In this document: piece after piece, positions 28,570 through 39,353 of the stretch
Layout: each line of letters begins with the position of its first letter
Numbering within the stretch: the stretch's first letter is position 1
DNA from: Desulfurellaceae bacterium
GTDB taxonomy: Bacteria; Campylobacterota_A; Desulfurellia; Desulfurellales; Hippeaceae
DNA: 64,000 nucleotides
Assembly (NCBI GenBank): GCA_015493995.1
Contig: WGCD01000146.1
Coordinates: 3,772 to 67,771 of the forward strand
Reading direction: 5' to 3'
The notes under the pieces: model-generated
What the model was told of the DNA's origin: nothing
Seen by the model: only the letters and a program-made list of their open reading frames with translations
Databases searched by the model: none
Made by a program: the position numbers and the translations under genes

Positions 28570-29513
28570 TGGGTAACAAACAAAAAATACTATACGGTGG
28601 GTTTTTACTTATTCTAATAGTTTTGCCGTTTTTTCTGAATTCAAGATGGGAGTCCGTTGCCACTACGTTTTTAATCTATTCGTCTGTTGCGCTTTCTCAA
28701 GACATAGTTTTAGGCAGAGCCGGTATGTTCGATATGGGACACGCCATATTTTTCGGATTGGGAGCATACTCAACGGCTATTTTAAATACGGTTTACGGTG
28801 TTCCTATTTTACTGACTATACCTGTTGCGATTATCTTGCCGCTTGTATTCGGAATAATACTTGCAGCACCTATAGTTCATTTAAGGGGTGATTATCTGCT
28901 TGTTACAACCATAGGCTTTAACATAGTTTTTACCCAGGCTCTAAAAAATAATGTTTTTGGCTTAACAGGCGGTCCTAACGGTATATTCGGCATAGCCTCC
29001 CCGTCTTTGTTCGGTTACAGCCTATCATCTCAAACGGCAATCTATTTTATGGCTTTTTTCCTTTTACTGCTTACCCTATTCATCATTAGAAATCTCGAAA
29101 CAAGCAAGATAGGAAGGGCTCTTCATTACATAAACGAAGATTCTCTGGCAAGCGAATGTGTGGGAATAAATACAAGATTTTACAGGCTTTACTCTTTCGG
29201 CTTGAGTGCTGCAATTGCCGGATTGGCAGGCGTTGTTTTTGCCGTGCAGTTTTCGGCGGTTAGCCCTGAAGCGTTTAACTTTATGCAGTCCGTTTTGTTC
29301 TTCACGATTGTGCTTGTGGGCGGACCTTCGTCAATAGAGGGTGTCTTGTTGGGAACATTCTTTATGTTCGTTTTGCCTGAGATGTTCAGGCAGTTTGCTG
29401 AAGCAAGGTATCTTGTATTCGGTATAGCAATGATACTGATAATGATTTGGAGACCAAAGGGTATTTGGCCTGCAAAGTTCGGAAGAATACCAAAATATTT
29501 CTTTAAGGATTGA
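28566..29513 (+). CDS. livM: Branched-chain amino acid ABC transporter permease
   Basis: In-frame ATG at 28566 overlaps the livH stop (ATGA), so the ORF-track extension from 28476 is rejected. LivM strings GRAGMFDMGHAIFFGLGAY. Confidence 0.9.
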   Translation: MMGNKQKILYGGFLLILIVLPFFLNSRWESVATTFLIYSSVALSQDIVLGRAGMFDMGHAIFFGLGAYSTAILNTVYGVPILLTIPVAIILPLVFGIILAAPIVHLRGDYLLVTTIGFNIVFTQALKNNVFGLTGGPNGIFGIASPSLFGYSLSSQTAIYFMAFFLLLLTLFIIRNLETSKIGRALHYINEDSLASECVGINTRFYRLYSFGLSAAIAGLAGVVFAVQFSAVSPEAFNFMQSVLFFTIVLVGGPSSIEGVLLGTFFMFVLPEMFRQFAEARYLVFGIAMILIMIWRPKGIWPAKFGRIPKYFFKD

Positions 29514-30289
29514 TGGGTATGGCTCTACTTGAATTAAAAGAGGTAACAAAAATTTTCGGAGGGCTTGTTGCCGTTGATGCTTTAAGCATCACCATACAAA
29601 AAGGTCAAATTTACGGCATAATAGGTCCAAATGGAGCCGGAAAAACAACTGTTTTTAACTGTATAACAGGTGTTTACAAACCGGAGCACGGAAAAATAAT
29701 ATTTAAAGATAGAGATATAACAGGTTTATCTTCGCATATTATAGCAAATCTCGGAATAGTCAGGACATTTCAGACCATAAGGCTGTTCGGTCAGATGAGT
29801 GTTGCAGAAAACATAATATCCGGCAGACACTTCAGAAGCAAACAACACTGGTGGCACGGCATTATACACACTCCGTTTTTTGCAAAAGATGAAAAGGAAA
29901 ATTGGTTAAAGGTAAAAAACTATATGGAGTTATTTGACCTTCTACCTTATGCAGAACTGCCGGCATCAAGTCAACCGTACGGTATTCAAAGAAAAATAGA
30001 GATGGCAAGGGCTTTGGCAACCGAGCCGGAACTTTTGATACTAGATGAGCCTGCCGCAGGATTAAACGATAAAGAGAGAATGGAACTGGTTGGCATAATC
30101 AAGAAAATAAGAGAAATGGGCATTACCGTTCTTCTCATAGAGCACAATATGGATTTGGTTATGAATCTTACTGAGTATATAAGTGTTTTAAACTTCGGCA
30201 AGAAGATTGCCGAGGGGCTTCCTGAGGAAATTCAAAACAACCCAAAGGTTATAGAGGCATATTTGGGCCGCGAGGATGAAGATGAGTGA
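29513..30289 (+). CDS. livG: Branched-chain amino acid ABC transporter ATP-binding protein
   Basis: Walker A GPNGAGKTT, RTFQ Q-loop, Walker B LLILDEPAAGL, H-loop LIEHNM. Start ambiguous among 29510, 29513 and 29519. Confidence 0.92.
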   Translation: MGMALLELKEVTKIFGGLVAVDALSITIQKGQIYGIIGPNGAGKTTVFNCITGVYKPEHGKIIFKDRDITGLSSHIIANLGIVRTFQTIRLFGQMSVAENIISGRHFRSKQHWWHGIIHTPFFAKDEKENWLKVKNYMELFDLLPYAELPASSQPYGIQRKIEMARALATEPELLILDEPAAGLNDKERMELVGIIKKIREMGITVLLIEHNMDLVMNLTEYISVLNFGKKIAEGLPEEIQNNPKVIEAYLGREDEDE

Positions 30290-31004
30290 AAAAGAAAAAT
30301 TAATGGTAGTTGAGGATTTGCAGGTTTCATACGGCAGCATCGAGGCTGTAAAAAGGATATCATTTGACGTTTATAAAGGCGAGGTGGTTACAATTTTGGG
30401 GGCAAACGGAGCGGGGAAAACCACCACCCTTAGAACAATAAGCGGTCTTTTGAAGGCAAAATCCGGCAGCATCAGGTATAAAGAGCTTGAACTCACGTCA
30501 ATCCCGGCACACGACATAGTCGGCTTGGGAATAAGCCAGGCACCCGAAGGCAGAAGAGTTTTTGGAACGTTGACGGTTGAGGAGAATCTAAAACTCGGAG
30601 CATACAGTAAAAAAACGATTAATACGGCAACACTTTCTTGGATTTACGAACTTTTCCCGAGATTAAAAGAAAGAAATAAACAGCTTGCAGGAACGCTTTC
30701 GGGCGGTGAACAACAGATGCTGGCTATAGGCAGAGCTTTGATGAGTGAGCCGGAAATGCTGCTGTTGGACGAGCCGAGTTTGGGTCTTGCTCCTGTTCTT
30801 GTTAAAACCATATTTGAAACAATAAAGCAGATAAAGCACTCAGGTGTGACCGTCTTGTTGGTTGAACAAAATGCAAAGGCAGCGCTAAAGCTGGCAGACA
30901 GAGGTTATGTTTTGGAGGTCGGTAAGATTGTGGCACAGGGAACCTCCAAAGAGCTGCTTGAGTCCCCCGATATTCAAGAGGCATATCTCGGTAAGAAAAA
31001 ATAA
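30276..31004 (+). CDS. livF: Branched-chain amino acid ABC transporter ATP-binding protein
   Basis: Walker A GANGAGKTT, signature LSGGEQQM, Walker B LLLDEPSLGLAP, VEQN H-loop. Confidence 0.92.
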   Translation: MKMSEKEKLMVVEDLQVSYGSIEAVKRISFDVYKGEVVTILGANGAGKTTTLRTISGLLKAKSGSIRYKELELTSIPAHDIVGLGISQAPEGRRVFGTLTVEENLKLGAYSKKTINTATLSWIYELFPRLKERNKQLAGTLSGGEQQMLAIGRALMSEPEMLLLDEPSLGLAPVLVKTIFETIKQIKHSGVTVLLVEQNAKAALKLADRGYVLEVGKIVAQGTSKELLESPDIQEAYLGKKK

Positions 31005-31018
31005 ACACAACTCCCAAC

Positions 31019-31048
31019 AAAAAAGCCGCTTAATTAAGCGGCTTTTAT
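31019..31048. terminator. Bidirectional rho-independent terminator between livF and acs
   Basis: AAAAAA-GCCGCTTAATTAAGCGGC-TTTTATTTTTT; an 18-nt perfect palindrome directly abutting the acs stop codon. Confidence 0.75.
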
Positions 31049-33045
31049 TTTTTGATTTTTCCCCTTAAAATATCCAATTCCCTATTTTCAACGGCATCTT
31101 TGAGTTTATCAAGAACAGCTTTGTCTTCAAGAGTTGATAAATCCTGATGTATTTCTTTGCCTGAGGCTATATCTTTTAAAACCCTTCTCATAACTTTACC
31201 CGAGCGCGTCTTGGGCAGTGAGTCAACGAATACAATTTCTGAGGGTTTTGCTATGGGTGAGACTTGGTCTCTGACATAATCCCTTAGCTTTCTTACTATC
31301 TCATCGTGCTTTGTTTTATCAACATCTTTCTTGAGCACAACGAAGGCAAAAACCTCTTCTCCGGTTATCTCGTTCGGTTTCCCGACAACAGCAGCTTCCG
31401 TTACCATAGAGCAGGATGTTAGTGCACTTTCAACCTCGGAGCAGCCTATCCTGTGTGCCGAAACGTTTATAACATCGTCGGAGCGGCCCTCCATCCAGAA
31501 ATATCCGTCTTTATCCTTGTATGCCATATCGCTTGTGTAGTAATACTTGTTGTTGAACTTTTCCCAATAGAATTTTATGTAATCCTCGTCATTTTTCCAT
31601 AACGTTCTAACCATAGATGGCCACGGTTTCTTGAGCACAAGAAAACCCCTTTTATTAGGTTCTTTGATAATTTCTCCTTTATCATCAACAATATCCGGGA
31701 AAATACCCGGAACCGGTATGCCTACCGAACCGGGTTTTTGTTTAACAACAGGCAGAGAGGATATCATATGTCCTGCTGTCTCGGTCTGTCCGTACGCATC
31801 GATTATAGGGCATTTTTTGGAGCCTACATTTTCATAGTACCACAACCAAGCAGCCTCATTTAATCTTTCGCCACCCGTTGTTAAAAGCCTTAAGGAAGAG
31901 AGGTCGTAATTCTTTGTATAGCTTTCCCCGTATCTCATTAAAGCTCTTATGGCTGTCGGAGCCGTGTACATAACGTTTATTCTGTATTTTTCAACGAGAT
32001 ACCACCACTGGTCGGGTGAAGGGTAGGTTGGTATCCCTTCAAAAAGGAATGTTGTTGAGCCTATGGAAAGAGGCCCGTACAGCGTATATGAATGCCCGGA
32101 AATCCAGCCTATATTTGCAGTTGACCAAAAGGTATCCTCCTCTTTTAAATCAAAAACCCACCGTGCTGTCAATATCCTCCAAATCAAGTAGCCGGCTGTA
32201 GAGTGGACGACGCCCTTCGGTTTGCCGGTTGAACCGGATGTGTACATTATAAACAGCGGGTCTTCTGAATCCATAGATTCGGCTTCACAGTGAGGATTTG
32301 CATAATCGGAATCGCTCATCAAATCCTGCCACCAAAAGTCTCTCAACGTTTTCATGGGAACATCGCTGTGTATATGCCTCGCTACAACAACATATTTAAT
32401 CTGTTTCAATTCTCTTACGGCATCATCGACATGAACCTTTAAAGGTATTGTTTTGCCGCCTCTGTATCCTCCGTCGGCAGTTATAACTATTTTTGCTTCT
32501 GCATCAACAATTCTTTCTTTTAATGCGTTTGAAGATAATCCTGCAAATACAACCGAGTGTATTGCTCCTATCTTGGCACAAGCGAGCATGGCAATCGGCA
32601 GCTCCGGTATCATAGGCATATAGATTATAACCACATCACCTTTTTTTGTGCCGAGTGTTTTTAGAACGTTTGCAAATTTATTGACCTGAAACTGGAGCTC
32701 TCGGTAGGTGAGAATTCTACTGTCGCCCCTTTCATTTTCCCAAATAATGGCAGCCCTGTTCTTTTTTCTTGTTGTTACGTGCCTGTCCACACAGTTGTAA
32801 CACATATTGAGTTTGCCCCCTTCAAAAAACTTAAAGAAGGGTGCGTTTGAATCGTTCAAAACACTCTTGTACGGTTCAAACCAGGTTATCTCGTTTTTGG
32901 CAAAATAATCCCAGAAACCCTCGAAATCATCCTCCGCCCATTTGGTCAATCTCTCATACTCTTTGGGTCCCAAATTCGCCTTTTCGACAAATTCGGGATT
33001 TGGAGTGATGATTATGCCCTTATCAATAGACTTGTCTAAACTCAT
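31045..33045 (-). CDS. acs: Acetyl-CoA synthetase (AMP-forming)
   Basis: [19 protein letters not shown] and SGKVMRR motifs over full-length ACS architecture. Start set to MSLDKS (33045), preceded by a G8 SD-like run. The 29-codon upstream extension in the track is rejected. Confidence 0.95.
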   Translation of the reverse strand: MSLDKSIDKGIIITPNPEFVEKANLGPKEYERLTKWAEDDFEGFWDYFAKNEITWFEPYKSVLNDSNAPFFKFFEGGKLNMCYNCVDRHVTTRKKNRAAIIWENERGDSRILTYRELQFQVNKFANVLKTLGTKKGDVVIIYMPMIPELPIAMLACAKIGAIHSVVFAGLSSNALKERIVDAEAKIVITADGGYRGGKTIPLKVHVDDAVRELKQIKYVVVARHIHSDVPMKTLRDFWWQDLMSDSDYANPHCEAESMDSEDPLFIMYTSGSTGKPKGVVHSTAGYLIWRILTARWVFDLKEEDTFWSTANIGWISGHSYTLYGPLSIGSTTFLFEGIPTYPSPDQWWYLVEKYRINVMYTAPTAIRALMRYGESYTKNYDLSSLRLLTTGGERLNEAAWLWYYENVGSKKCPIIDAYGQTETAGHMISSLPVVKQKPGSVGIPVPGIFPDIVDDKGEIIKEPNKRGFLVLKKPWPSMVRTLWKNDEDYIKFYWEKFNNKYYYTSDMAYKDKDGYFWMEGRSDDVINVSAHRIGCSEVESALTSCSMVTEAAVVGKPNEITGEEVFAFVVLKKDVDKTKHDEIVRKLRDYVRDQVSPIAKPSEIVFVDSLPKTRSGKVMRRVLKDIASGKEIHQDLSTLEDKAVLDKLKDAVENRELDILRGKIKK

Positions 33046-33103
33046 ATGATTACCCCCCCCTATGGATTTGTAACTTTCTGTGTAAAGTATGTAAATATAG
33101 CCA

Positions 33104-33132
33104 CTTATATCAAAAAAGCATAATTTTGTCAA
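33104..33132 (-). promoter_or_regulatory. Putative sigma70-type promoter of acs (-35 TTGACA / 17 nt / -10 TATAAG)
   Basis: Minus-strand hexamers at 33132..33127 and 33109..33104. The -35 is back-to-back with the -35 of the divergent promoter. Confidence 0.5.
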
Positions 33133-33136
33133 ATTT

Positions 33137-33165
33137 TTGACAATCAGGTATTTTTAAATTACAAT
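33137..33165 (+). promoter_or_regulatory. Putative sigma70-type promoter of the VKOR-like gene (-35 TTGACA / 17 nt / -10 TACAAT); leaderless or near-leaderless
   Basis: Hexamers at 33137..33142 and 33160..33165. Only 8 pyrimidine-rich nt (TTCTCCCT) separate the -10 from the ATG at 33174. Confidence 0.5.
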
Positions 33166-33173
33166 TTCTCCCT

Positions 33174-33947
33174 ATGAAGGATAGACTTGTCACTTTGTTT
33201 GGCACTCTCGGTGTCGTCTTAACCCTGCTTGAACTTGTATCAAAACTGTTTAACTCAAGACTGTGTTCCACTCAAGGGTGCATACTGATTTCTCAAAGTG
33301 TTCGTTATACAGATAACATTATAGTTCTCGGCGGGTTGTTTGTGTTTACTGCAATCCTTGTTTTAAACCTCGGAAAAATACGTAATTCTTCTCTTATTTT
33401 AGACCAACTTCTATCCGTATCGTTGAGTGCCGAGGGGGTATTTATAGGTTATCAGCTCTTCAGAATGAAGCATATATGTCTGTTTTGCATATCGATTTTT
33501 TCGATTTTTGTTCTACTGGCACTTATACGTTTAAGCAAGAAGGGTTTTTCCGTAATATGGGGTTTTGTGTCTTTCGGCACGATACTGTTTTTGTTTTATA
33601 TTTTAAAACCCGTGACTTCTTATATACCGCCATTAAACAAACCGCTTGTTTTGATATACAAACAGAGCTGTCCGCATTGTGAAAAGGTTATATCACAGGC
33701 AAAAAAACAGAAAATCAATATTTGCACGATTAAAGCCGATAGCTGTGAAAGTTTGCTAAAGAGCCTTAATATAAATGAGGTTCCGCTTTTGATAATAAAC
33801 AATAAAAACGAGAAAAAGATTATAGTAGGCGAGAGAAATATTCTTCAATACTTTTTAGATAAGAAAAACATACCGAGCAACAATCTCTATAACTCTGTTT
33901 TTAAGGATAAAAGTGACTTCTGCACAATAGGCGAAAAATGTAAATAA
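33174..33947 (+). CDS. VKOR-like integral membrane protein fused to a thioredoxin/glutaredoxin-like domain (putative disulfide-bond-forming oxidoreductase)
   Basis: Loop Cys pair RLCSTQGC. Intramembrane CxxC (HICLFCISIF) in the fourth helix. A fifth TM helix is followed by a soluble domain with CPHC (YKQSCPHCEKV). Confidence 0.6.
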   Translation: MKDRLVTLFGTLGVVLTLLELVSKLFNSRLCSTQGCILISQSVRYTDNIIVLGGLFVFTAILVLNLGKIRNSSLILDQLLSVSLSAEGVFIGYQLFRMKHICLFCISIFSIFVLLALIRLSKKGFSVIWGFVSFGTILFLFYILKPVTSYIPPLNKPLVLIYKQSCPHCEKVISQAKKQKINICTIKADSCESLLKSLNINEVPLLIINNKNEKKIIVGERNILQYFLDKKNIPSNNLYNSVFKDKSDFCTIGEKCK

Positions 33948-33948
33948 C

Positions 33949-35511
33949 CTATTCGCGCCACTCTATAAAGTTATACATTATTCCGGCTTTTGCGGGATGT
34001 ATGCCTTTGAATTTTTTGTTTACAACAGTGATGCTCGTCGGGTAGTATAGAAAAATGTAGGGAAAATCAGAAACTATGAGTCTGTTTATTTTTAAATATA
34101 TTTTCCTTCTCCTTTTTTTATCAAACGTTTTCCTGCCGAGCTCTATCAGTCTGTCCACCTCTTTATTGTGGTAGCCTACAAAGTTAAATCCGCCTTTAAA
34201 ATCGCTCTTTGAATCCCATATTGAGTATTGGTCGGGATTTGCGCCAAGCTGCCAGCCCAGGACAACTGCATCAAAATGCCTTTCGTTCACCATATTTAAA
34301 AAAGCCTGCCATTCGAGAATCCTTAATTTTGCTCTTATTCCTATTCTTCTTAAATACTCCTGTACCATAATCGCAGCATACTTTCTTTGAGAGTTCCCTT
34401 CGTTTGTGTATATTGTAAACTCAAACGGCGTTGAGCCTTTATATAGAATTCCGTCTTTTTTCTTATGCCACCCAAGTCGTCTCAAAATACGCAGCGCTTT
34501 TTTCGGATTATAGCCGCAAATGGTTTTTTTAACAAAGAAAGGTGAGTTTTTAGGGTATATTGAATCAGCAACCACTCCGTAGCCAAGGAGTATTGTTTTA
34601 TTTATCTGGCGACGATTGATTGCCATACATATGGCTTTTCTTACCATTAAATTACTAAACAGCTTCTCCCTCAAATTAAAACCGAGATAGGTGTATGAAG
34701 ACGAGGGCTCAAAATAGACCCTGTAGTGTTTTTTGAGAAAGTTATTCATCTCAAACTTATACTCAAGAGGAGAAAGATTCATTAAATCTATGGAGCCCCT
34801 TTTCAGCTCCAAAAGGTTTGTAGTTTTATCGGGTATTATCCTGTCGAAAATTTCATCTATATAGGGTTTGTGCAGAAAATATCTTTTGTTTGCATCAAGT
34901 ATAAGATATTGTGAGGTTTTCCATTTCTTTAAAATGTAGGGTCCCGTTCCGACGGGTTTTCTGTTAAACCCGCAGGTGGCTATATTTTGAACGTTTTTAA
35001 GCAGGTGCTTCGGCACAATACCCATCATCCAGGAGTATAAAGCCGGAGCAAAAGGGTAGAGATAGTTGACCTCAAGCGTGTAGTTGTCAAGCTTTTTAAT
35101 TGATTTTATAATTTTATATTGACCTGCATATGGCGTAGGAGTGTTTTTGTTTACGATTGTTTTGTAGGTAAATATCACATCATCGGCAGTAAAAGGCACG
35201 CCGTCTTGCCATAATACGTTCTTTCTCAAATGAAAGACCACCGTTTTGCCGGAGTTTTTTATTTCATAGCTTTTTGCCAAATCTCCGACTATATTCATAT
35301 TTTTATCGAACTTTAGCAGTCCGTTGAAAATATAGGAGGAAATCTCACCGCTTGCAGAGTCTGCGGCAAGAAACGGTATAAGCCTTTTGGGTTGAGCGCC
35401 CAAAGAAAAATTAATGACGCTTTTTGAATATATCAAGCCGGGCGAAAATATAAAAAAGAGGGTTAAAATAAACCCGATTGGAAAGCGGCTATTTAGTAAT
35501 TGGCGCACCAT
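33949..35511 (-). CDS. ABC transporter substrate-binding protein, family 5 (OppA/DppA/NikA-like)
   Basis: Signal-anchored N-terminus, WQDGVPFTADDVIFTY, and the typical ~520-aa SBP_bac_5 layout. No cognate permease genes are adjacent. Confidence 0.85.
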   Translation of the reverse strand: MVRQLLNSRFPIGFILTLFFIFSPGLIYSKSVINFSLGAQPKRLIPFLAADSASGEISSYIFNGLLKFDKNMNIVGDLAKSYEIKNSGKTVVFHLRKNVLWQDGVPFTADDVIFTYKTIVNKNTPTPYAGQYKIIKSIKKLDNYTLEVNYLYPFAPALYSWMMGIVPKHLLKNVQNIATCGFNRKPVGTGPYILKKWKTSQYLILDANKRYFLHKPYIDEIFDRIIPDKTTNLLELKRGSIDLMNLSPLEYKFEMNNFLKKHYRVYFEPSSSYTYLGFNLREKLFSNLMVRKAICMAINRRQINKTILLGYGVVADSIYPKNSPFFVKKTICGYNPKKALRILRRLGWHKKKDGILYKGSTPFEFTIYTNEGNSQRKYAAIMVQEYLRRIGIRAKLRILEWQAFLNMVNERHFDAVVLGWQLGANPDQYSIWDSKSDFKGGFNFVGYHNKEVDRLIELGRKTFDKKRRRKIYLKINRLIVSDFPYIFLYYPTSITVVNKKFKGIHPAKAGIMYNFIEWRE

Positions 35512-35839
35512 TTGTATTTTTCGGCTTGGCTTTAGTCGGTATCTTCACCTCTACGGCATTCTGCTTTTTGGTTGCCGTTGGTACATTTTTAATCATTGAG
35601 GCTGTGTTTGAGTTGTAAATCATATACGAAATGCCAGCCGAATTGAGCATAAACAGGAAAGATAAACCCCAAGTCAGCTTTGCCATAAAAGACATAGGAC
35701 CGGAGGAGCCAAACAGAGTATCCGAAGCTCCTGCTCCGAAGGAGACACCCATCTCCGCACCTTTTCCTTTTTGCAGCAAAATAATCGTGACCAGTATAAA
35801 AGCCAGTACAATTTGAGCTATTATCAAAATCGTAAGCAT
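35489..35839 (-). CDS. secG: Preprotein translocase subunit SecG
   Basis: FILVTIILLQKGKGAEMGVSFGAGASDTLFGSSG signature; located after tpiA as in many bacteria. Confidence 0.88.
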   Translation of the reverse strand: MLTILIIAQIVLAFILVTIILLQKGKGAEMGVSFGAGASDTLFGSSGPMSFMAKLTWGLSFLFMLNSAGISYMIYNSNTASMIKNVPTATKKQNAVEVKIPTKAKPKNTNGAPITK

Positions 35840-35842
35840 ACT

Positions 35843-36571
35843 TCAAACTCCTTTTGTTTTTATAAATTCATCTATTATCTTCTTAAACTCATCGGCATCA
35901 AGTGAAGCTGAGCCTACCAAAAAACCGTTAACATCGTCTATTGAAGCAATTTCTGCGGCATTTTTTGCTTTAACGCTTCCGCCGTATAGGATAGGCACAT
36001 CGTTTTCTGATCGTCGAATAAATTTATGCATTTCTTCTATTGTGTCTCTATCTGCAGAAACGCCTGTACCGATTGCCCAAACCGGTTCATATGCAACTAT
36101 AACATTTTGTCTGTCAACGCCGTCAAGCCCTTTTTGCAGTTGTGTTTTAACAACATCAAACGCCCTGCCGTTTTTTCTTTCTTCAAGTGTTTCTCCGACA
36201 CACAAAATAACATTGAAGCCGTGTTTTTTTGCGCTTTTTACCTTTTTATTTATAAACTCGTCATCTTCATAGAATATGTGTCTGCGCTCGGAGTGTCCCA
36301 AAATGACATATTCACAGCCTACAGACTGAAGCATTGCAAGCGATATTTCTCCGGTAAATGCCCCTTTTTCTTCAAAGTGCATATTTTGAGCCCCGAGCTT
36401 TATAACGCTTGATGAAAAAACCTCATCAAGCCTGTCAAGATGCGTAAACGGCGGGCACACGACAACATCAACGGCTTTTGTGTTAATTATTTCAGCCATT
36501 TTTTGTGCAACACTTTGGGCTTTGTCTATGTCAAAATTCATCTTCCAATTTGCAGCAACAATATTTTTCAC
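35843..36571 (-). CDS. tpiA: Triosephosphate isomerase
   Basis: AANWKMN, ILGHSERR, AYEPVWAIGTG, YGGSV motifs. Confidence 0.96.
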   Translation of the reverse strand: MKNIVAANWKMNFDIDKAQSVAQKMAEIINTKAVDVVVCPPFTHLDRLDEVFSSSVIKLGAQNMHFEEKGAFTGEISLAMLQSVGCEYVILGHSERRHIFYEDDEFINKKVKSAKKHGFNVILCVGETLEERKNGRAFDVVKTQLQKGLDGVDRQNVIVAYEPVWAIGTGVSADRDTIEEMHKFIRRSENDVPILYGGSVKAKNAAEIASIDDVNGFLVGSASLDADEFKKIIDEFIKTKGV

Positions 36572-37752
36572 GCCTTTTCCTCCAAAACCTCTATAGCGGG
36601 AAGCTTTTTACCTTCGAGTATCTCAAGAGACGCGCCACCACCCGTTGATATATAGCTCATATTATCACTTTCCCCGGCAAGTTCAACCGCTTCAGCCGTA
36701 TCACCGCCGCCAACCACACTCAAAGCCTTGCTCTCGCCTATGATCTTCGCTATTTTTTTTGTACCGCTTGCAAATGCATCAACCTCAAAAACGCCCAAAG
36801 GTCCGTTCCACACAATAACCTTAGCATCTTTTATAACCTCTTGAAACAGCCTAATCGAAGCCTCACCTATGTCCAAACCCATCATATCTTTAGGGATTTC
36901 CTGATAACCGACCGTTATGTAATTCATTGTATCCTCAATGTTTCTTGCGCACACGAAATCAACAGGCAGATAGAATTTTACATCTTTGTTTTTTGCCGTT
37001 TTGAGAATTTCCAAAGCAGCCGGAATCAATTCGTCTTCAACAAGGCTTTTTCCGACTTCATAACCCATAGCCTTCAAAAAAGTGAAAGCCTGTGCACCGC
37101 CGATGATAATTTTATCGGCTTTATTTATAAGATTTTTCAAACATTCAAGTTTTCCTGAGACCTTTGCTCCGCCAACAATGGCGACAAACGGTCTGTCTTT
37201 CGTATTAAGTATTTTATTGAAATATTCAATCTCTTTTTTAAGCAAAAAACCACCGACGGCAGTTTTTGCTATCTTCGGCAGAGCATAGACAGATGCATGC
37301 TTTCTGTGGCAGACGCCGAAAGCGTTATTTACATAAACATCGAAAAGCTGTAAGAGTTTTTGTGCAAAATCCTCGGAATTCTTCTCTTCACCCTCATAGA
37401 ATCTCAGGTTTTCGAGCAGCAAAACATCACCCGGCTTCATAGAATCTATCTTTGCTTTAACCTTACCGCCTATACAGTCTTCTATAAAATCCACCTTCCT
37501 GTCCAAAAGTGTGGACAGTCTTTTTGCTACAGGAAGAAGAGAATACTCCGGCTTTCTTAATCCTTTAGGTCTTCCCAAATGGCTGCTTAAGACAACCTTT
37601 GCTTTGTTGTCTATTGCGTACTTTATCGTATATAACGCCTGTTTTATTCTGTTGTCATCTGTGATATTGGAGTTATCGTCCATAGGTACGTTAAAATCGC
37701 ACCTTATAAAGACGGTTTTGTTGGCTATATCAACATCGTTGATATATTTCAT
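36568..37752 (-). CDS. pgk: Phosphoglycerate kinase
   Basis: RCDFNVP, SHLGRPKG, IVGGAKVSGK, STGGGASLE motifs. Confidence 0.97.
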   Translation of the reverse strand: MKYINDVDIANKTVFIRCDFNVPMDDNSNITDDNRIKQALYTIKYAIDNKAKVVLSSHLGRPKGLRKPEYSLLPVAKRLSTLLDRKVDFIEDCIGGKVKAKIDSMKPGDVLLLENLRFYEGEEKNSEDFAQKLLQLFDVYVNNAFGVCHRKHASVYALPKIAKTAVGGFLLKKEIEYFNKILNTKDRPFVAIVGGAKVSGKLECLKNLINKADKIIIGGAQAFTFLKAMGYEVGKSLVEDELIPAALEILKTAKNKDVKFYLPVDFVCARNIEDTMNYITVGYQEIPKDMMGLDIGEASIRLFQEVIKDAKVIVWNGPLGVFEVDAFASGTKKIAKIIGESKALSVVGGGDTAEAVELAGESDNMSYISTGGGASLEILEGKKLPAIEVLEEKA

Positions 37753-38790
<1,038 letters not shown>

Positions 38791-38845
38791 TTATAATAAT
38801 TAAGCCTCTTTTTCAAGAGGAAACTCTGTTTTTTAAGGATTTTGC

Positions 38846-38874
38846 TTGAATAAAGGCTGTGTAATAATTATACT
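38846..38874 (+). promoter_or_regulatory. Putative sigma70-type promoter of the ACT/paaK operon (-35 TTGAAT / 17 nt / -10 TATACT)
   Basis: Hexamers at 38846..38851 and 38869..38874; GGGAGG SD follows. Confidence 0.4.
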
Positions 38875-38898
38875 AAGCAAAAGAAAAGGGAGGTGAAA

Positions 38899-39345
38899 AT
38901 GAATATACAAGATTATAAGATAACCCAAATAAGCGTATTTATAGAAAACAAGAAAGGGAGATTCTATAACGTTACGAAAACAATGAAGGACGCCGGTGTA
39001 AACATAAGAGCTATGAGTCTTGCCGATACCATGGATTTCGGCATATTAAGATTCGTGGTTGACAAACCCAAAGAGGCATACGACGCCTTGATGGATTCTG
39101 ATTTTATTATTAAAAAAAACGAGGTTTTGGCAATAGCCGTTAAGGATGAAAGCGGTGGTCTGAGTGAGCTTTTGAATACAATCAGCAATCTTGATTTGAA
39201 TATTGAGTATATGTACACATTTGTCAATGCGCTTGAAAACAAAGCCGTTATGCTGTTTAAGTTTGAGGAAATCGACGAAGCTATAGAAAAGCTTCTAACC
39301 GCAAACGAAGAACTGTTAAAAGAAGAATTTTTTAGAAAAATTTAG
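38899..39345 (+). CDS. ACT-domain (amino-acid-binding) protein
   Basis: Two tandem ACT-like beta-alpha-beta-beta-alpha-beta units ([26 protein letters not shown]; [23 protein letters not shown]). The ATG at 38899 sits 5 nt after GGGAGG. Commonly paired with PaaK-like ligases. Confidence 0.75.
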   Translation: MNIQDYKITQISVFIENKKGRFYNVTKTMKDAGVNIRAMSLADTMDFGILRFVVDKPKEAYDALMDSDFIIKKNEVLAIAVKDESGGLSELLNTISNLDLNIEYMYTFVNALENKAVMLFKFEEIDEAIEKLLTANEELLKEEFFRKI

Positions 39346-39353
39346 GAGATTTT

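Noticed and set aside
31045-33132. N-terminal extensions offered by the ORF track for acs (to 33132), KamA-like (to 16530), livM (from 28476), dctP (from 20230), mdh (to 50415), ilvD (from 58732) and maeB (from 17961).
   Set aside because: In each case, an internal start with a proper SD and a family-typical N-terminus exists. The extension is low-complexity or overlaps a neighbouring gene or promoter.
33127-33142. Palindrome TTGTCAAA..TTTGACAA as a regulator operator.
   Set aside because: It is fully explained as two opposed consensus -35 hexamers of divergent promoters, each with a correctly spaced -10. A repressor site cannot be excluded but is not needed.
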